DNA from: Endomicrobiia bacterium
GTDB lineage: Bacteria > Elusimicrobiota > Endomicrobiia > DTEH01
Assembly (NCBI GenBank): GCA_039630545.1
Contig: JBCNUU010000010.1
Span: 1 to 38,157 of the forward strand
Length of the DNA stretch: 38,157 nucleotides
Reading direction: 5' to 3'
Shown: piece by piece, positions 35,405 through 38,157 of the stretch
How positions within the stretch are numbered: position 1 is the first letter of the stretch
Layout of the letters: each line of letters begins with the position of its first letter
Notes under the pieces: model-generated
Seen by the model: the letters and a program-made list of their open reading frames with translations, nothing else
Database searches by the model: none
Told to the model about the DNA's origin: nothing
Position numbers and translations under genes: made by a program

Positions 35405-36724
35405 TTATTGCTTAAGCAATTGATTATTAATTAATTCAAATAATCTTCTACTCTCACAAATTAGTCTGTGTGCATTTTTATATAACTGTTCATAAGAAAT
35501 TTTCTTTAAAGAAACTTTTTGCTTTACAGCAGTAATACCTACCGAAGCAGCTACTAAAGGAAAAACTTCCCATTCATTCATTTTTGGTATTATGTAATCC
35601 TCACTAATTCCTTTTTTCTGAGCAAAACTAGCTAATGCTTCAGCAGCAGCAATACACATTTCATCTGTGATAGTTTTTGCTTGCACATCAAGAACACCTC
35701 TAAAAATTCCAGGAAAGCATAAAGAATTATTTATCTGATTAGGAAAATCAGATCTTCCCGTAGCTACAACTTTCGCACCACCTTCTTTGGCTTCATATGG
35801 CATAATTTCAGGAATAGGGTTTGCTTCAGCAAAAATTATAGGATCTTTGTTCATTTTCTTTATCCACTCTTTTTTAATAATACCAGGTCCAGGAGTAGAT
35901 GCAGCAATAACAACATCCACCCCAAACATCGCTTTTTCTATATCACCTCTTCTTTTTTCCTTGTTCGTAATTTGACACATTTCCCATTTTTCTTTATATA
36001 CTTCTTTATTGTTTTTTATGTCGTCTCTATCCGGATGTAATATTCCTTTTGAATCCACCATTATTATATTACCAGACACTACTCCTGCTTTTATCAAAAG
36101 CCTGGCTATGCAGATATTAGCTGCACCTGCACCTATCATTGCAATTTTAACTTCATCTATTCTTTTATTTACTATTTTAAGAGCATTAATAAGAGCAGCT
36201 AAAGTAGCTGTGGCCGTACCTTGTTGATCATCATGCCAGACTGGAATATCTAATTCTTTTCTTAATTTGTCTAAAATATAAAAACATTTTGGTTGCTGAA
36301 TATCTTCCAGATTTATTCCTCCAAAACTAGCAGATATAAGTTTAACTGTTTCAATTATTTTATCCGGATCTTTAGTGTTTAAAACTATAGGATATGCATC
36401 TACTCCACCAAGATATTTAAATATCAAAGCTTTGCCTTCCATTACTGGTAAAGCAGCATATGGCCCTATATCTCCTAAACCTAAAACTCTACTCCCATCT
36501 GAAATTATTGCTATGGAGTTCCATTTATTAGTATATTCAAAAACTTTGCTGAAATTTTTATGTATTTCCTTACAAGGAGCAGCTACACCTGGAGTATACC
36601 AGTATTTAAAATCTTCTAAACCTTCTATTTTACATTTAGGTATGGTTGCTATTTTTCCTCTATATTTTTTATGAAGTTTAATAGATTTACTATAAATTTT
36701 AAGTGTTGTATCTTCTTTTTTCAT
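35405..36724 (-). CDS. NAD(P)-dependent malic enzyme
   Basis: YTPGVA, DGSRVLGLGDIG, PVMEGKA, GGINLEDI, HDDQQGTA, GAGAA, ANPIPEI, ATGRSDFPNQINN. Confidence 0.96.
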   Translation of the reverse strand: MKKEDTTLKIYSKSIKLHKKYRGKIATIPKCKIEGLEDFKYWYTPGVAAPCKEIHKNFSKVFEYTNKWNSIAIISDGSRVLGLGDIGPYAALPVMEGKALIFKYLGGVDAYPIVLNTKDPDKIIETVKLISASFGGINLEDIQQPKCFYILDKLRKELDIPVWHDDQQGTATATLAALINALKIVNKRIDEVKIAMIGAGAANICIARLLIKAGVVSGNIIMVDSKGILHPDRDDIKNNKEVYKEKWEMCQITNKEKRRGDIEKAMFGVDVVIAASTPGPGIIKKEWIKKMNKDPIIFAEANPIPEIMPYEAKEGGAKVVATGRSDFPNQINNSLCFPGIFRGVLDVQAKTITDEMCIAAAEALASFAQKKGISEDYIIPKMNEWEVFPLVAASVGITAVKQKVSLKKISYEQLYKNAHRLICESRRLFELINNQLLKQ

Positions 36725-36746
36725 AAATATACAAATATACCAAAAT

Positions 36747-36822
36747 TCGGGGTGGCGGGATTTGAACCCACGACCTCATGGTCCCGAACCATGCGCTCTT
36801 AAGCCAACTGAGCTACACCCCG
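36747..36822 (-). tRNA. tRNA-Pro (anticodon CGG)
   Basis: Acceptor CGGGGTG/CACCCCG, D-stem GCTC/GAGC, anticodon arm CATGG-TT CGG GA-CCATG, T-arm GTGGG-TTCAAAT-CCCGC; CCA not encoded. Confidence 0.95.
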
Positions 36823-36841
36823 TCAAAATAAACTTAAATTG

Positions 36842-36870
36842 AGAATATAAAATTTATAATTAAAAAACAA
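36842..36870 (-). promoter_or_regulatory. Candidate sigma-70 promoter for tRNA-Pro and downstream genes
   Basis: TTGTTT (36870-36865), 17 nt, TATTCT (36847-36842), about 20 nt upstream of the tRNA; chance matches are common in AT-rich DNA. Confidence 0.35.
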
Positions 36871-36938
36871 GTATCTATACGGCAAGAAAATCTATAGGAG
36901 AGAGTTTTTATGCGAACTATTTATATCACCTAATTTTT

Positions 36939-37106
36939 TTACCTTGTTTTTATACACCCACTAGAAGAACTTTTATCGTGGTATCTATACTCCTTCCAAA
37001 CCCTATACGTTGAAAACTTTGTAAGTTTCACACACATATAAATCGTATGATGTTTAACCTTAAAAAACCTCGCAACTTCATTTATAGTAAAAAACACATC
37101 ATTCAT
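36939..37106 (-). pseudogene. Excisionase-like helix-turn-helix (HTH_17) protein, probably degenerate at the 3' end
   Basis: Not in the ORF track. SD GAGGTG then MNDVFFTINEVARFFKVKHHTIYMCVKLTKFSTYRVWKEYRYHDKSSSSGCIKTR (55 aa), matching the xis-like pattern T..EVA....V...TIY...K......YRV....R. Confidence 0.65.
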
Positions 37107-37142
37107 TTTTATCACCTCTTTTCTTTTTAGTTTTTGCTATTA

Positions 37143-37171
37143 TTGACATTTTCTTTGTAGTTTTGTATTTT
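37143..37171 (+). promoter_or_regulatory. Candidate sigma-70 promoter for the repressor remnant
   Basis: Perfect TTGACA (37143-37148), 17 nt, TATTTT (37166-37171). Confidence 0.45.
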
Positions 37172-37211
37172 TTGTAATAATTAATTATTTAGTTTTGTTA
37201 TATTAAGATAG

Positions 37212-37681
37212 ATGGGAATAGTGCAAGCCGTGATTTCGCAGTGGGAGAATGGCATCTACTTCTTCACTAAAAACCATATCCAAGCTTGCAAAAATCTTAA
37301 ATAAACCAATCTCATATTTTTTAGAGGATACAAAGACAACAACAAAAGAAACTGAGATCTACAGCGTCAAGGAATTTTCCTAAGAAGGCAATCATAAAAG
37401 GTGATCACAAAAATTATTTTGTCCTAAAAGTCATCTCTGATAGTATAATTGGTGAAGACATCAAAGAAGGTTATGTCTTAATCGTCAAAAGACAATCAAC
37501 AGCCGAAGATTGGCAATATTGTTATTGTATGGATAGAAGGCAAAGGTGCTACTTGTAAAAAATTTAGAAAACATAAAGACAAAATATTGCTTGAATCAGC
37601 AAACCCTAAATATTTAAACCTATTGAAAACAAAAATTTCATAATTTACGGAAAAGTTATTTATAAGGAGGGTAAGGTATGA
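37212..37681 (+). pseudogene. Phage CI/LexA-like repressor (Xre HTH plus S24 peptidase), multiply frameshifted
   Basis: Fragments in alternating frames: GIVQAVISQWENG / SLKTISKLAKILNKPISYFL / YFVLKVISDSIIGEDIKEGYVLIVKRQSTAED / GNIVIVWIEGKGATCKKF..ILLESANPKY / KPIENKNFIIYGKV. Confidence 0.8.
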
Positions 37682-38157
37682 AAAAAATAATATCAACAGT
37701 AACAATTTTTTGTTTTCTAACTACTATACTACAAGCAGAATATTATTCAAAAAAAGAAGCAAGAAAAACCGCACTAAACACAATCTTATTAGGTTTAGGA
37801 CTTGCAGCTATTGGTTACGCTCCCTTAGCAATAGAAAAAAAGGATATCACCAACCCATCATTAAATTATAGCAAATACACCTGGAATAAACAAAATTACG
37901 GCACTTCTAACTGGTATGCAGCAGCGCAAGGTGTTGTAAAAAATACAGGCAATGTCCCACTAAAAAATGTTAAAATCTACATAAAATACTATGATGTTAA
38001 CAATAACCTTCTTTCCTCTGAATACACTTATTTGGACACATACTGGTTAGAACCACTACCCGTAAATACAGAGGACACCTGGCACGATATCATAACTACA
38101 ATGTTAGGAGAACCTCATAGACTTGAAGTTTCAGCAACTTATGAATATGACAAAATC
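37678..38157 (+). CDS. Exported/membrane protein with FxLYD (DUF3426-like) Ig-fold domain; runs off the window edge
   Basis: SD AGGAGG, signal peptide MKKIISTVTIFCFLTTILQA, second hydrophobic stretch, then QGVVKNTGNVPLKNVKIYIKYYDVNNNLL; 160 open codons to the end of the window. Confidence 0.7.
   Translation, partial: MKKIISTVTIFCFLTTILQAEYYSKKEARKTALNTILLGLGLAAIGYAPLAIEKKDITNPSLNYSKYTWNKQNYGTSNWYAAAQGVVKNTGNVPLKNVKIYIKYYDVNNNLLSSEYTYLDTYWLEPLPVNTEDTWHDIITTMLGEPHRLEVSATYEYDKI

Noticed and set aside
36725..36822. tRNA-Pro as the attachment site of the phage-like remnant
   Set aside because: The remnant lies on the 5' side of the tRNA, its 3' end abuts the malic enzyme gene, and no integrase or duplicated tRNA 3' end is visible in the window
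1612..37705. Short ORF-track entries antisense to or nested in identified genes (e.g. 1612-1884, 5202-5549, 13955-14350, 19803-20264, 27049-27273, 36375-36674, 37496-37705)
   Set aside because: Shadow ORFs on the opposite strand of well-supported genes, with no motifs or RBS support
1..38157. CRISPR array, rRNA, IS element or transposase
   Set aside because: No regularly spaced repeats, rRNA-like segment, transposase motifs or terminal inverted repeats seen; intergenic space is minimal

Overview
AT-rich bacterial chromosome segment from a diderm (peptidoglycan plus outer-membrane barrel genes). An Elusimicrobiota-like host is my impression only and is not demonstrated. Almost all genes are on the minus strand in tightly overlapping runs. 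Content: the distal half of a dcw cluster (murC-murB-ddl-ftsQ-ftsA-ftsZ) followed by pilT and pgeF; queuosine genes (queD, queC, queE, queF) interleaved with a DUF62 SAM hydrolase and rlmI; murI, an amidase and an orphan histidine kinase; hemW, DUF116, fmt, def, cutA and a sugar-nucleotidyltransferase/phosphomannomutase-like fusion; PBP1A (plus strand); a stand-alone aspartokinase-beta-like ACT protein, GH57, a beta-barrel, a TPR protein, tRNA-Arg(CCT), apt, a sigma-70 factor, acylphosphatase, malic enzyme and tRNA-Pro(CGG); and a decayed phage-like xis/repressor switch at the right edge. The standout is a four-gene cassette at 16520-20230 with no other flagellar genes in the window. It encodes a natural fusion of a FliF-like ring domain, one TM helix and the FliG middle/C-terminal domains, then MotA and two different MotB paralogues, one with the essential Asp and one with Asn in its place. 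It looks like a minimal, switch-less rotary motor, possibly with an asymmetric stator. Two single-base homopolymer frameshifts (in the fusion gene and the first motB) hide parts of it in the ORF track.
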